Assembly (NCBI RefSeq): GCF_004297125.1
Contig: NZ_SCVD01000011.1
Span: forward strand, 1,286-65,285
DNA: 64,000 nucleotides
Reading direction: 5' to 3'
Origin: Phenylobacterium sp.
Lineage (GTDB): Bacteria; Pseudomonadota; Alphaproteobacteria; Caulobacterales; Caulobacteraceae
Shown: piece after piece, positions 46,717-55,741 of the stretch
Position numbering within the stretch: position 1 is the first letter of the stretch
Layout: each line of letters begins with the position of its first letter
Translations under genes and position numbers: made by a program
The notes under the pieces: model-generated
The model's database searches: none
What the model was told of the DNA's origin: nothing
Seen by the model: the letters and a program-made list of their open reading frames with translations, nothing else

Positions 46717-47895
46717 CTACCTTTTGCCCACGTAGGTCTTGGCCTGCTGGCCCACGACCTCGACCAGGTCGCCCATGGCGATGTTGGCGTCGATCAGGTG
46801 CAGGCCCCAGTCCTTGGCCACCACGCCGCCGGGGCCCGTGACGTCGCCGTTGATGACGTCCGTCCGCGCGTCAGCCGGGTCGGCGTTCAAGTGCGCCTCC
46901 AGATAGTTGAAGCCGTCCTTTGACACGCATTGGCCGCTGATCAGGCCGGGCAGGGACACGAACGGCGTCTTGGGGTTGGGCTTGCCCTTCACCCATTCCG
47001 GCGTCGGCGCCGCGGAGCTGGCGATGTTCGCCTGGTTCGACAGATAGGCGTGCAGCTCGGTCCGGCCGTTCAGCGCCGCCGGGTTGACGCAGGCGGCTTC
47101 CATGTCCGGGTTGGCCACCTTGCCGAACCGGGTGTTGGCCGGGGGCGGGATGGTGTCGCGGAAGGTCACGTAGCTGATCGCGCAGCCGGTTTGGCTGGCC
47201 GTCTTGCACAGCGGGATCGACTTGAACTGCCCGGTGTCCTGGCCCCTGGTCACCGGCAGGTTCGAGCCCAGGATCAGGGCCGACACCAGTTGCTTCTGGA
47301 CGGGCTTGCCGTCGATCTCGGCCGCGATCATCCGCTGCAGCACGCCCGAGCCCTGGGAGTGGCCGATCAGCACCACGCCGCGGCCCCTGTTCTCGCTGCC
47401 AAGGTAGTGGTTCCAGGCGTCCAGCACGTCGTTGTAGCCGACCTGGCGCACGGCCGGATCGGTGGCGCCGGGCATGGGCTTGCCCTCGACCATTCCCCGC
47501 AGCGCCGTCAGGGTGAACTGGCGGTAGAGCGGCGCATAGATCCGGCACTTGGAGCCGAAGCGGGCGAGCTGCTGCTTCACCACGTTCAGTTCCTCGGCGT
47601 TGGCCGTCATGTCCGACACGACGCCCGGGTCGTTCGACACCGTGGGATAGACGTAGAAGCAATCGATCGGCGCCTTCGGATCGGCCTTGAACGTCTCGAC
47701 CGTCGAGGAGCCGTCGGCCTTGATCACCGTGGTGGTCATGTCGATGGCGCAGGCGTCGCCGGCCTTGCCGGGCCAGCACAGCCACGCCGCGGGCTTCGCG
47801 TAGTCGTTCTTCGGATAGGTGGTCTGGGCGGCGGCCGGCGCGGCCATCAGGCCCGCGGCGGCGAGCGCCAGGATGGCGATCTGTCGTGTGGTCAT
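46717..47895 (-). CDS. DUF3089 secreted alpha/beta-hydrolase
   Basis: Signal peptide; DCFYVYPT, YAPLYRQ, GHSQG. Confidence 0.88.
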   Translation of the reverse strand: MTTRQIAILALAAAGLMAAPAAAQTTYPKNDYAKPAAWLCWPGKAGDACAIDMTTTVIKADGSSTVETFKADPKAPIDCFYVYPTVSNDPGVVSDMTANAEELNVVKQQLARFGSKCRIYAPLYRQFTLTALRGMVEGKPMPGATDPAVRQVGYNDVLDAWNHYLGSENRGRGVVLIGHSQGSGVLQRMIAAEIDGKPVQKQLVSALILGSNLPVTRGQDTGQFKSIPLCKTASQTGCAISYVTFRDTIPPPANTRFGKVANPDMEAACVNPAALNGRTELHAYLSNQANIASSAAPTPEWVKGKPNPKTPFVSLPGLISGQCVSKDGFNYLEAHLNADPADARTDVINGDVTGPGGVVAKDWGLHLIDANIAMGDLVEVVGQQAKTYVGKR

Positions 47896-48032
47896 GGTCT
47901 CCCCCGGGAAGCTTATTGTTTTCGAAGAATGCGTACGATCATCGCGCGCGGGCGGTCACAGGTCCAGCACCCTTCATGAGCGCCGCGATTCGGGCCTAAG
48001 GTCGCCGGCTAGACGTTCGGGGGAAGACGCGC

Positions 48033-50507
48033 ATGGCGGCGGCGGAGAAGACGGCGGGCTGGCCGGCCAGGATCTGGGCCGCGATCGGCGGCGGGCTGGT
48101 CGCGCTGGTCGGCGTACTGCTGCTGGCCGGCGGCGGCTGGCTGATCTTCCTGCAGGGCTCGCCCTACTACATGCTGGCCGGCGCGGCGGTCCTCGCCACG
48201 GGCGTGCTGCTGGCGCGCCGTCACCCCGCCGCGGGCTTGGTCTATGGCGTGGTCCTGGCCGTGACCCTGGCCTGGGGCCTGTGGGAGGGCGGGTTCGAGT
48301 TCTGGCCGCTTCTGCCGCGCCTGTTCGCGCCGGCCGTGCTGGGCCTTTTCATCCTGCTGGTGATCCCGGCCGCGCCCAAGGGCCGGCTGCGCGACTACGC
48401 TGGCCTGGCCGTAGCCGCGCTCTCGGTCGCCTGCGTGGGCGTGCTGGGGGCCGCAGTCCCGGCGACCTTCTCCTGGGGCCAGGCCGAGGTCCCCGCCCAG
48501 ATCACCGGCGCGGCGCCCCCGGCCGAGTCCGCCTCCGACTGGCGCTACTACGGCCGTGACCCCGGCGGCTCGCGCTATGCGCCCGTGGATCAGATCAACC
48601 GCGAGAACGTCGGCGATTTGAAGGTCGCCTGGACCTTCCGCACCGGCGAGAAGCCCAACCGCGGCAGTCAGGACCAGAACACCCCGCTGCAGGTCGGCGA
48701 CACCGTCTACGTCTGCACGCCCACCAACGTGGTGATCGCCGTCGACGCCGACACCGGCAAGGAGAAGTGGCGCCACGACCCGAAGGTGAAGCCCGGGTTC
48801 TGGAACCGCTGCCGCGGCGTCGGCTACTGGGACGGAAGCCAGCCCAAGGTCGCCCTGTCGGGGACCCCGGCCGCCGCCACGCCCGCCGCCAAGGGGGCGC
48901 CCCCGCCCGCCAAGGCCGCGCCGGCGAAGAAGCCCGCCGCGCCCGCCGTCCAGACGACCGCCGCACCCACACCGGGTGGCCCGCTCTGCCGGCGCCGCAT
49001 CATCTCCTCGACCATCAACGCCCAGCTCTTCGCTCTCGACGCCGAGACCGGCCAGCGCTGCCCCGGCTTCGGCCAGAACGGCATGGTCAATCTCTCCACG
49101 GGTATCGGCGAGATGAAGCCCGGCTTCTACTTCCAGACCTCCACCCCCACGGTGATCGGCAACAACGTCATCATCGGCGGATGGGTGGTCGACAACCAGG
49201 AACTGGCCGAGCCCTCCGGCGTGGTCCGCGCCTTCAACGTGGTGACCGGCGAGCTCTCCTGGGCCTGGGACCTGGGCAATCCGGACATCGACAAGCTGCC
49301 GCCCGAAGGCCAGACCTACACGCGGGGCACGCCCAACGTCTGGTCGACGGCGGCCTTCGACCCCGATCTCGGCCTGATCTACCTGCCGGTCGGCAACGCG
49401 ACCCCCGACTACTGGGGCTCGCACCGCTCCATGGCGTCAGAGGCCTATTCCTCCTCGGTCGTCGCCGTCGATGCGGCCACCGGCAAGATGAAGTGGGCCT
49501 TCCAGACCGTGCATCACGACGTCTGGGACTACGACGTCCCGGCCCAGCCGATGCTGATCGACTTCCCGGTCAAGGGCGGCACGGCCCCGGCCCTGGTCCA
49601 GCTCACCAAGCGCGGCCAGATTTTCGTGCTGGACCGCCGCACCGGCGAACCTCTGACCCGCGTGGTCGAGGTGCGCGTTCCCGGCGGCGCCCAGCCCGGC
49701 GAGTGGGTGTTCCCCACCCAGCCCTATTCGGTCGAGATGCCGACCATCGGCGTCGAGCGGCTGACCGAGGAGAAGATGTGGGGTGCGACCCCGCTGGACC
49801 AGCTCGCCTGCCGCATCAAGTTCCTGTCCGTGCGTTACGAGGGCGACTTCACCCCGCCGGGCAGCCCCGAACGGCCGTCGCTGCAGTACCCCGGCAACGC
49901 CGGCGGCATGAACTGGGGCTCCGGCGCCTACGACGCCCGCCGCGGCCTCCTGATCGTCAGCGACGTGCGCATGCCCCAGACCGTCAGTCTGGCCAAGTCC
50001 GACAAGCCGGAGGTCGCGCTCAGCCGCGCCGACAAGGACCGCCCGCCGCCCAGCCTCAAGGCCATCGCTTACAAGGCCAGGAACGACTGGTTCCTCAGCC
50101 CGGTCTTCGCCCCCTGCGTCCAGCCCCCGCACGGCATGCTGACCGCCATCGACGTCCGCACCCGGCAGGTCGTCTGGCAGGCGCCGGCCGGCACGGCCGA
50201 GTCCCAGGCCCCGTTCGGCCTGCAGTCGCACCTGCCGATCCCCATCGGCACCATCGGCATCGGCGGCCCGATCACCACCGCCGGCGGCGTCACCTTCCGC
50301 GCCGCCACCACCGACCCCTACCTGCGCGCCTACGACAACGCGACGGGCAAGGTGCTGTGGAAGGCCCGGCTGCCGATCCAGTCCTCGGCCACCCCCATGA
50401 CCTACGTCTCGCCCAAGACCGGCAAGCAGTATGTGGTGGTCGCCGCCGGCGGCGCCTCGATGAGCCCGGCCAAGGGCGACTACGTGGTCGCATACGCCCT
50501 GCCGTAG
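48033..50507 (+). CDS. Membrane-bound PQQ-dependent dehydrogenase, glucose/quinate/shikimate family
   Basis: Five N-terminal TM segments; DWRYYGRD, CRGVGYW, WAFQTVHHDVWDYD, GNAGGMNWG. Confidence 0.93.
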   Translation: MAAAEKTAGWPARIWAAIGGGLVALVGVLLLAGGGWLIFLQGSPYYMLAGAAVLATGVLLARRHPAAGLVYGVVLAVTLAWGLWEGGFEFWPLLPRLFAPAVLGLFILLVIPAAPKGRLRDYAGLAVAALSVACVGVLGAAVPATFSWGQAEVPAQITGAAPPAESASDWRYYGRDPGGSRYAPVDQINRENVGDLKVAWTFRTGEKPNRGSQDQNTPLQVGDTVYVCTPTNVVIAVDADTGKEKWRHDPKVKPGFWNRCRGVGYWDGSQPKVALSGTPAAATPAAKGAPPPAKAAPAKKPAAPAVQTTAAPTPGGPLCRRRIISSTINAQLFALDAETGQRCPGFGQNGMVNLSTGIGEMKPGFYFQTSTPTVIGNNVIIGGWVVDNQELAEPSGVVRAFNVVTGELSWAWDLGNPDIDKLPPEGQTYTRGTPNVWSTAAFDPDLGLIYLPVGNATPDYWGSHRSMASEAYSSSVVAVDAATGKMKWAFQTVHHDVWDYDVPAQPMLIDFPVKGGTAPALVQLTKRGQIFVLDRRTGEPLTRVVEVRVPGGAQPGEWVFPTQPYSVEMPTIGVERLTEEKMWGATPLDQLACRIKFLSVRYEGDFTPPGSPERPSLQYPGNAGGMNWGSGAYDARRGLLIVSDVRMPQTVSLAKSDKPEVALSRADKDRPPPSLKAIAYKARNDWFLSPVFAPCVQPPHGMLTAIDVRTRQVVWQAPAGTAESQAPFGLQSHLPIPIGTIGIGGPITTAGGVTFRAATTDPYLRAYDNATGKVLWKARLPIQSSATPMTYVSPKTGKQYVVVAAGGASMSPAKGDYVVAYALP

Positions 50508-50622
50508 GCGCCTCGGCGCTTCCGGCGCGGCGGCGTGAGCCATCCGCGCCCCACGCGCGTTGTGTAAGGTGTCGGGGCCGACGAACGCCATGAAGGCGGG
50601 GGCGCTCGCGTGGAGTTCTGCG

Positions 50623-51123
50623 ATGAAGGTCGAACGAATATTTCTGTCCGTGGTCGGCGCCTTGCTGATCGGCGCGCCGGCCATGGCCCAACCCACGAAC
50701 CCGCCGCCACGACCCAGCGAGCGGGACCGCGCGCAGGAAATCGTGAGCCAGCCGGCCCGGGACCTCGGCATGTCGCGCTCGGACATCCCGCCCGTGCTCG
50801 TGGCGGCCACCGAGGATCCCTACAGCGTCAGGGGCGTGGGAACCTGCCGGCAACTGGCTGCCGCCATCACCGAGCTCAACGGCGCTCTCGGCCCCGATTT
50901 TGTGGTCGGCCGCGACGCCAACGAGAACCGAACGGAGAAGATCGTCGAGGCCGGGGGGCGGACGATCGTGAACTCCGTCATCCCGTTCCGCTCGCTGGTC
51001 CGCGAGATCACCGGCGCGGCGCCCGCCAAGCGCGCGCTCGACGCGGCGGTCGACGCGGGTCTCGCCCGCCGCGGCTTCCTGCGCGGCCTGCACCGCAAAC
51101 AGGGTTGCCGCACGACCTTCTGA
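50623..51123 (+). CDS. Secreted hypothetical protein
   Basis: Signal peptide; Cys near both ends; GC3-biased codons. Confidence 0.75.
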   Translation: MKVERIFLSVVGALLIGAPAMAQPTNPPPRPSERDRAQEIVSQPARDLGMSRSDIPPVLVAATEDPYSVRGVGTCRQLAAAITELNGALGPDFVVGRDANENRTEKIVEAGGRTIVNSVIPFRSLVREITGAAPAKRALDAAVDAGLARRGFLRGLHRKQGCRTTF

Positions 51124-51273
51124 GATCTGGCCGGCGGCGGCCCGAACCTCGCGATCGCGTCTCCGAGCCGGGCTGCGACCTCGTCAGCGGCATAGCGCCG
51201 CTGCGCCTCGTCAGCTCCACGGCGATACCCTAGTTTGCGGCCCAGGCGGCGAGAGGGAGTTGAAGTGCAGGTG

Positions 51274-52311
51274 ATGACGGCGGCGATCGAAGGCCGGATG
51301 GCGCGCCTCGTTCGCGAGTTCGATTGGGCCGCGACGGCGCTTGGTCCCGCCGCCGATTGGCCCGCCGAACTGAAGACAGCCGTCAGCATGATCCTTGAAT
51401 CCCGGTTCCCGGCGGCGATCGTCTGGGGGCCGGGCCTGGTCACGATCTACAACGACGCCTTCCTGCCGATCCTGGGCGACAAGCCCGAAGCCCTGGGGCG
51501 CTCCTTCGCGGACGTGTGGGCCGAAGTCTGGGACGAGATCGGTCCGATCGCCGCGCGCGCCTACGCCGGCGAGGCCACCTTCATCGAAGACTTCCCGCTC
51601 CGTATCGACCGCTCGGGCCACCGCGAGCCGGCCTGGTTCACGTTCTGCTACAGTCCGCTGCGGCTGTCCGACGGATCGGTGGCCGGGTTGATCGACACCG
51701 TCATGGAGACCACCGCCACCGTCCGGGCCCGCGAGGATCTCGTGGTGCTCAATGACGAGCTTCGCCACCGCCTGAAGAACACCCTGGCCACCTTCCAGGC
51801 CCTGGCCCGCGGCAGTCTCAGGACGGTGGCCGACCGCGCCGCGGTGAATGGGCTGATGGATCGCATCGTGGCGATGGGCGCCGCCCACGACGTGCTGTTC
51901 CGCGAAGGCTGGACCTCGGCCGCCGTGGAACAGGTCGCCCGCGCGACGCTCGCCGCCAATCTGGACCGGGTCCGGATGCAAGGTCCTCAGGTGCCAATCG
52001 GAGCCCGCGCCGCGGTGGCTTTGTCGCTCGTCCTGCACGAGCTCGCGACGAACGCCGCCAAGTACGGGGCGCTCTCGGCCACGGAAGGCCGCGTCGACCT
52101 TTGGTGGGCGCCGGACGAGACGGCCGGGGTCTTTCGCTTGCATTGGCGCGAAACGGGTGGCCCCGCGGTCCGTCGCCCCGAACGCACCGGGCTGGGGTCG
52201 CGGCTCATCGACATGGGGCTGAGCCGGCGCGGAACCGTGAGCCGCCGCTATCCGCCCGCCGGCTTTGAAGCCGATCTCGAGGCACCGTTGGCCGAGCTCA
52301 CGGCGGTCTGA
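51274..52311 (+). CDS. PAS-domain HWE-family histidine kinase
   Basis: ELRHRLKN H-box, ELATNAAKYGAL, WRETGGP. Confidence 0.92.
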   Translation: MTAAIEGRMARLVREFDWAATALGPAADWPAELKTAVSMILESRFPAAIVWGPGLVTIYNDAFLPILGDKPEALGRSFADVWAEVWDEIGPIAARAYAGEATFIEDFPLRIDRSGHREPAWFTFCYSPLRLSDGSVAGLIDTVMETTATVRAREDLVVLNDELRHRLKNTLATFQALARGSLRTVADRAAVNGLMDRIVAMGAAHDVLFREGWTSAAVEQVARATLAANLDRVRMQGPQVPIGARAAVALSLVLHELATNAAKYGALSATEGRVDLWWAPDETAGVFRLHWRETGGPAVRRPERTGLGSRLIDMGLSRRGTVSRRYPPAGFEADLEAPLAELTAV

Positions 52312-52471
52312 GGCCCCGGCGCTTCCTGTTTGCGCAGGGTTGGTACGGTGATGTCGAAGCTGTGCGGCGCCCCGGCGTCGTGCCGGGGCGGGGGGTTCGC
52401 GACTGTTCTTGCCGGAACGTCAACTCCGGCGCGTACTAGGATCCTCCGACTTGCATTTGGGAGGCTGCCTC

Positions 52472-53578
52472 ATGCGTCGCACGCTCGTTCTGGCCCTTGG
52501 AGCCGTCCTCGCCACGGGGGGCGTCGGCCTGCCCGTCCAGGCCGCGCCGCCGGGCGCGCCGGCCGCCTCGCTGGACTCCTCGGCGCCCCCGGGCTGGAAG
52601 CGGCCGAGGAATCCCATGGGCCAGCCCGACCTCTCCGGCTACTGGTCCAACGCCACCCTCACGCCCCTGACCCGCAACCGGCGCATCTCCGACAAGGCGG
52701 CCCTGACGGCTGCGGAGGCCAAGGCGCTCGAGAAGCTCTGGGCCGACGCCCTGGCCGAATCCGACACCCCGACCGACCCCAACGAGTCCGAGGCCGCTGG
52801 CCAGGCCAAGTTGAGCGGCTCGAAGCTCGTCGAGATCCGCCCCGACTTCATCGCCGCCGGCGGCGACACGGGCGGCTACAACACCTTCTGGATCGATCCG
52901 GGCACGCATCTGGTGGAGATCGACGGCAAGTACCGCACCTCGATCCTCACCACCGACAACGGCCTGCCGCCGGCCCGCAAGGCCGGGGCGCCGGCGCCGC
53001 GGGGCGGCGGGTTCCGCGACAGCTACGAGAGCTACGAGACCCGCCCGGAGGGCGAGCGCTGCATCTCGGGCTTCGGCCGTAACACCGGCCCGCCGATGCT
53101 GCCCAACGGCTACTACAACAACAACTATCAGATCGTGCAGACGCCCGACGCGGTAGTGATCGAGGTGGAAATGATCCACGACGCGCGGATCGTTCGACTC
53201 AACGGGACGCACCGCACGGACGGTCTGCGGCCGACGATGGGCGATTCCATCGGCCGCTACGAAGGCGACACCCTGGTGGTCGAGACGACCAACATCCCCG
53301 CGTCGCAGCAGTTCATGGGCGCTTGGAAGACCCTGAAGGTGACCGAGTGGTTCACCCGCCTCTCACCCACCAAGATCCTCTACCGGTTCCAGCTCGAGGA
53401 CCCGGAGATGTGGGAGAAGCCGTGGGGCGGCGAGTACACCTTCAACACCCTGAACGGCCGCACCTACGAGTACGCCTGCCACGAAGGCAACTACGCCCTG
53501 CCGGGCATCCTGGCCGGAGCGCGCCAGAAGGAAAAGGAAGAGGCTGAGGCGGCGAAGGGCAAACCGGGCGCCGAGTGA
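52472..53578 (+). CDS. Uncharacterised secreted protein (paralogue A)
   Basis: Signal peptide; PDLSGYWSNAT, YYNNNYQIVQ, GDSIGRYEGDTLVVETTN, YEYACHEGN. Confidence 0.85.
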   Translation: MRRTLVLALGAVLATGGVGLPVQAAPPGAPAASLDSSAPPGWKRPRNPMGQPDLSGYWSNATLTPLTRNRRISDKAALTAAEAKALEKLWADALAESDTPTDPNESEAAGQAKLSGSKLVEIRPDFIAAGGDTGGYNTFWIDPGTHLVEIDGKYRTSILTTDNGLPPARKAGAPAPRGGGFRDSYESYETRPEGERCISGFGRNTGPPMLPNGYYNNNYQIVQTPDAVVIEVEMIHDARIVRLNGTHRTDGLRPTMGDSIGRYEGDTLVVETTNIPASQQFMGAWKTLKVTEWFTRLSPTKILYRFQLEDPEMWEKPWGGEYTFNTLNGRTYEYACHEGNYALPGILAGARQKEKEEAEAAKGKPGAE

Positions 53579-53829
53579 ACCAAGCCTGCGGAATGAACGG
53601 CCGCGGCCCCTCTCATGGGCCTGCGGAAGCTTGCGCCGTACCCGCCCTTTGAGAGGCTCCGCGAATTCACCGCGTATTCTCAGGAATACATCTTGAATTG
53701 CAGACCTTGAACAAGTTCCCGCGCGACGCGAACGCTATAGAATAACATGTTCGCCTAACATAGGTTTGGACTGGGACCTGACGGGTTCGAGAGCGGCGGG
53801 AGTTGAGTTCCTGCCAAAATGGGGGGGAC

Positions 53830-54444
53830 ATGATGTCGAACTTTTCGAAATTGATCGCTGGCGCGAGCTTGTCGCTCGCGCTGTTGGCCGGTGGCGCGGC
53901 GCAGGCCGCTATCGTCAACATCAGTGCGACAAGCCCGGGAGCCACGTTCGACTTCGCGGCGGGCAGCTATCTGATCGAATGGATCGGGACTGCCGATGGC
54001 GGCGCCTATGACGGCTGGAATGGGGCGTGCCCGGCGGGCGACTGCACCAGCGGCTGGCGCGAGAACTTCACCGCGGTCAGCGATCCGGGGCCGAACCCGG
54101 ACCTCGAGTCGTTCGGCCTGGGCTCCTCGTTCAGCTCGGCGCTCTCCGCATTGGCCGCCTACAAGGCGGCGCCTTCGATCACCAACAACAGCTTCGTCTG
54201 GAACGGCTCGATGTATGTGCCGGACGGCTTCGAGGTGATCGCGCAGCCCTTCATCGTCAATATCGGCGCGCCGCTGACCGTGAAGTTCTTCGCCGGCGAC
54301 GGCACGCCCAACGACAATTTCGGCGGGGTGTCGCTGCGGATCTCCGCGGCGCCCGAGCCCGGAACCTGGGCCCTGATGCTCCTGGGCTTCGGCGGGGCCG
54401 GCATGGCGCTCCGCACGCGCCGCAGGACCCCTGCGGCGGCCTGA
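53830..54444 (+). CDS. PEP-CTERM (PEPxxWA-CTERM) sorting-domain protein
   Basis: Signal peptide; C-terminal APEPGTWALMLLGFGGAGMALRTRRR. Confidence 0.92.
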   Translation: MMSNFSKLIAGASLSLALLAGGAAQAAIVNISATSPGATFDFAAGSYLIEWIGTADGGAYDGWNGACPAGDCTSGWRENFTAVSDPGPNPDLESFGLGSSFSSALSALAAYKAAPSITNNSFVWNGSMYVPDGFEVIAQPFIVNIGAPLTVKFFAGDGTPNDNFGGVSLRISAAPEPGTWALMLLGFGGAGMALRTRRRTPAAA

Positions 54445-54460
54445 GCCGGGAGGATGCGGC

Positions 54461-54799
54461 CTATTCGCCGAAGCGCTCGATGTGGCCACGGCCCCAGGAG
54501 CGGACCGTTTCGACGACGGGCGTCAGCGAGCGGCCATAGGCGGTGAGGGAATAGACCACCGGGGAGGGGACCTCTCCGGTGGCTTCCCGGTGGACGATGT
54601 CGTCGGCGATCAGCTCGCGGAGCTGTTCGGTCAGCACCTTCTGCGAGATCGCGGGCATCAGCTGGCGCAGGCCGGCGAAGTGGCGCGGCTGTTCCGCCAG
54701 CCAGTAGACGATGATCAGCTTCCACTTGCCGCCCAGGGCCGCGAGCGCGGCGGTGAGCGGGCAGTCGCTGACGGGATTGCGGCGGCGGACGGAATCCAT
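54461..54799 (-). CDS. HxlR-family winged-helix regulator
   Basis: CPLTAAL..LGGKWKLII, ISQKVLTEQLREL, YSLT..GRSL. Confidence 0.92.
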   Translation of the reverse strand: MDSVRRRNPVSDCPLTAALAALGGKWKLIIVYWLAEQPRHFAGLRQLMPAISQKVLTEQLRELIADDIVHREATGEVPSPVVYSLTAYGRSLTPVVETVRSWGRGHIERFGE

Positions 54800-54875
54800 G
54801 GTTACCTTGAGGTGCCTTCTCGTGACGCGGCCGGGCCGCCGCTAGCGTCGCTGCGTCGTCTGACCCGAGGAGCCC

Positions 54876-55460
54876 ATGATAGCCCACGTCCCTTGCCGCA
54901 AGATCAAGCCCGTCCTGCTGGCGATCGCGCTCGTCGCCGCGCCGCTCGACACCCGCGCCCAGCCGGCGGCTCCGCCCGCCGCCGCCGCCGTCCGTGACGG
55001 CAGCCACGACTTCGACTTCGAGTTCGGCGACTGGACGATGCGGCTGAAGCGGCTGGTCAGGCCGCTCAGCGGCTCGAAGGAATGGGTCGAGTACGAGGGC
55101 TCCTCGGTCGTCCACAGGATCTGGGGCGGCGCGGCCAATGTGGGCGAGATCGACATCTCCGGCCCGGCGGGCCGCATCCAGGGCATGAGCGTGCGCGTCT
55201 ACAATCCCCAGTCGGGCCAATGGGGCGCGAGCTTCGCCAGCGCCCGCGGCGGGCAACTGGGCGAGCCTATGATCGGCGACTTCAAGGACGGGCGGGGCGA
55301 GTTCTATAACCAGGAGACGTTCAACGATCGCACCATCTTCGTGCGGTTCATCTTCTCCGACATCACGCCCACGACGTTCCGCATGGAGCAGGCGTTCTCG
55401 GACGACGGAGGCAAGACGTGGGAAGCCAACTGGCTCGCGACGTTCCGCAAGGCGGGCTGA
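54876..55460 (+). CDS. Secreted DUF1579-like beta-barrel protein
   Basis: Signal peptide; HDFDFEFGDW, FSDDGGKTWEANW. Confidence 0.75.
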   Translation: MIAHVPCRKIKPVLLAIALVAAPLDTRAQPAAPPAAAAVRDGSHDFDFEFGDWTMRLKRLVRPLSGSKEWVEYEGSSVVHRIWGGAANVGEIDISGPAGRIQGMSVRVYNPQSGQWGASFASARGGQLGEPMIGDFKDGRGEFYNQETFNDRTIFVRFIFSDITPTTFRMEQAFSDDGGKTWEANWLATFRKAG

Positions 55461-55741
55461 CGATCTTCGGGCGCTTCCACGCGCGCGAGGGCTGCGAGGC
55501 GCAGGTGGCGGCGGCCGTCGCCAAGGTCGTGCCGCCGACCCGCGCCGAGCCCGATTGCCTGGGCATCGAGGGCTACGGCGATACGCGCGACCCCCGGCTG
55601 TTCTTCATCCACTCGCGCTGGCCCGACGAGGCGGCGTTCGACCTCCACGCGGGTCTGCCGCACACCGTGCGGTTCCTCGAGACCGTCCAATCCCTGATCG
55701 ACCACCCGCTCGACGTCCGGCGAGCGCGGCGGACGGTTTAG
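55418..55741 (+). CDS. Putative quinol monooxygenase (ABM domain)
   Basis: TIFGRFHAREG, TRAEPDC, HSRWPDEAAFDLH..LPH; start uncertain (GTG 55418 or CTG 55457). Confidence 0.78.
   Translation: MGSQLARDVPQGGLTIFGRFHAREGCEAQVAAAVAKVVPPTRAEPDCLGIEGYGDTRDPRLFFIHSRWPDEAAFDLHAGLPHTVRFLETVQSLIDHPLDVRRARRTV

Noticed and set aside
53690-53800. LexA box or sigma54 promoter before the PEP-CTERM gene
   Set aside because: GAAC/GTTC words are present but not at the GTTC-N7-GTTC spacing, and there is no TGGCAC-N5-TTGC.
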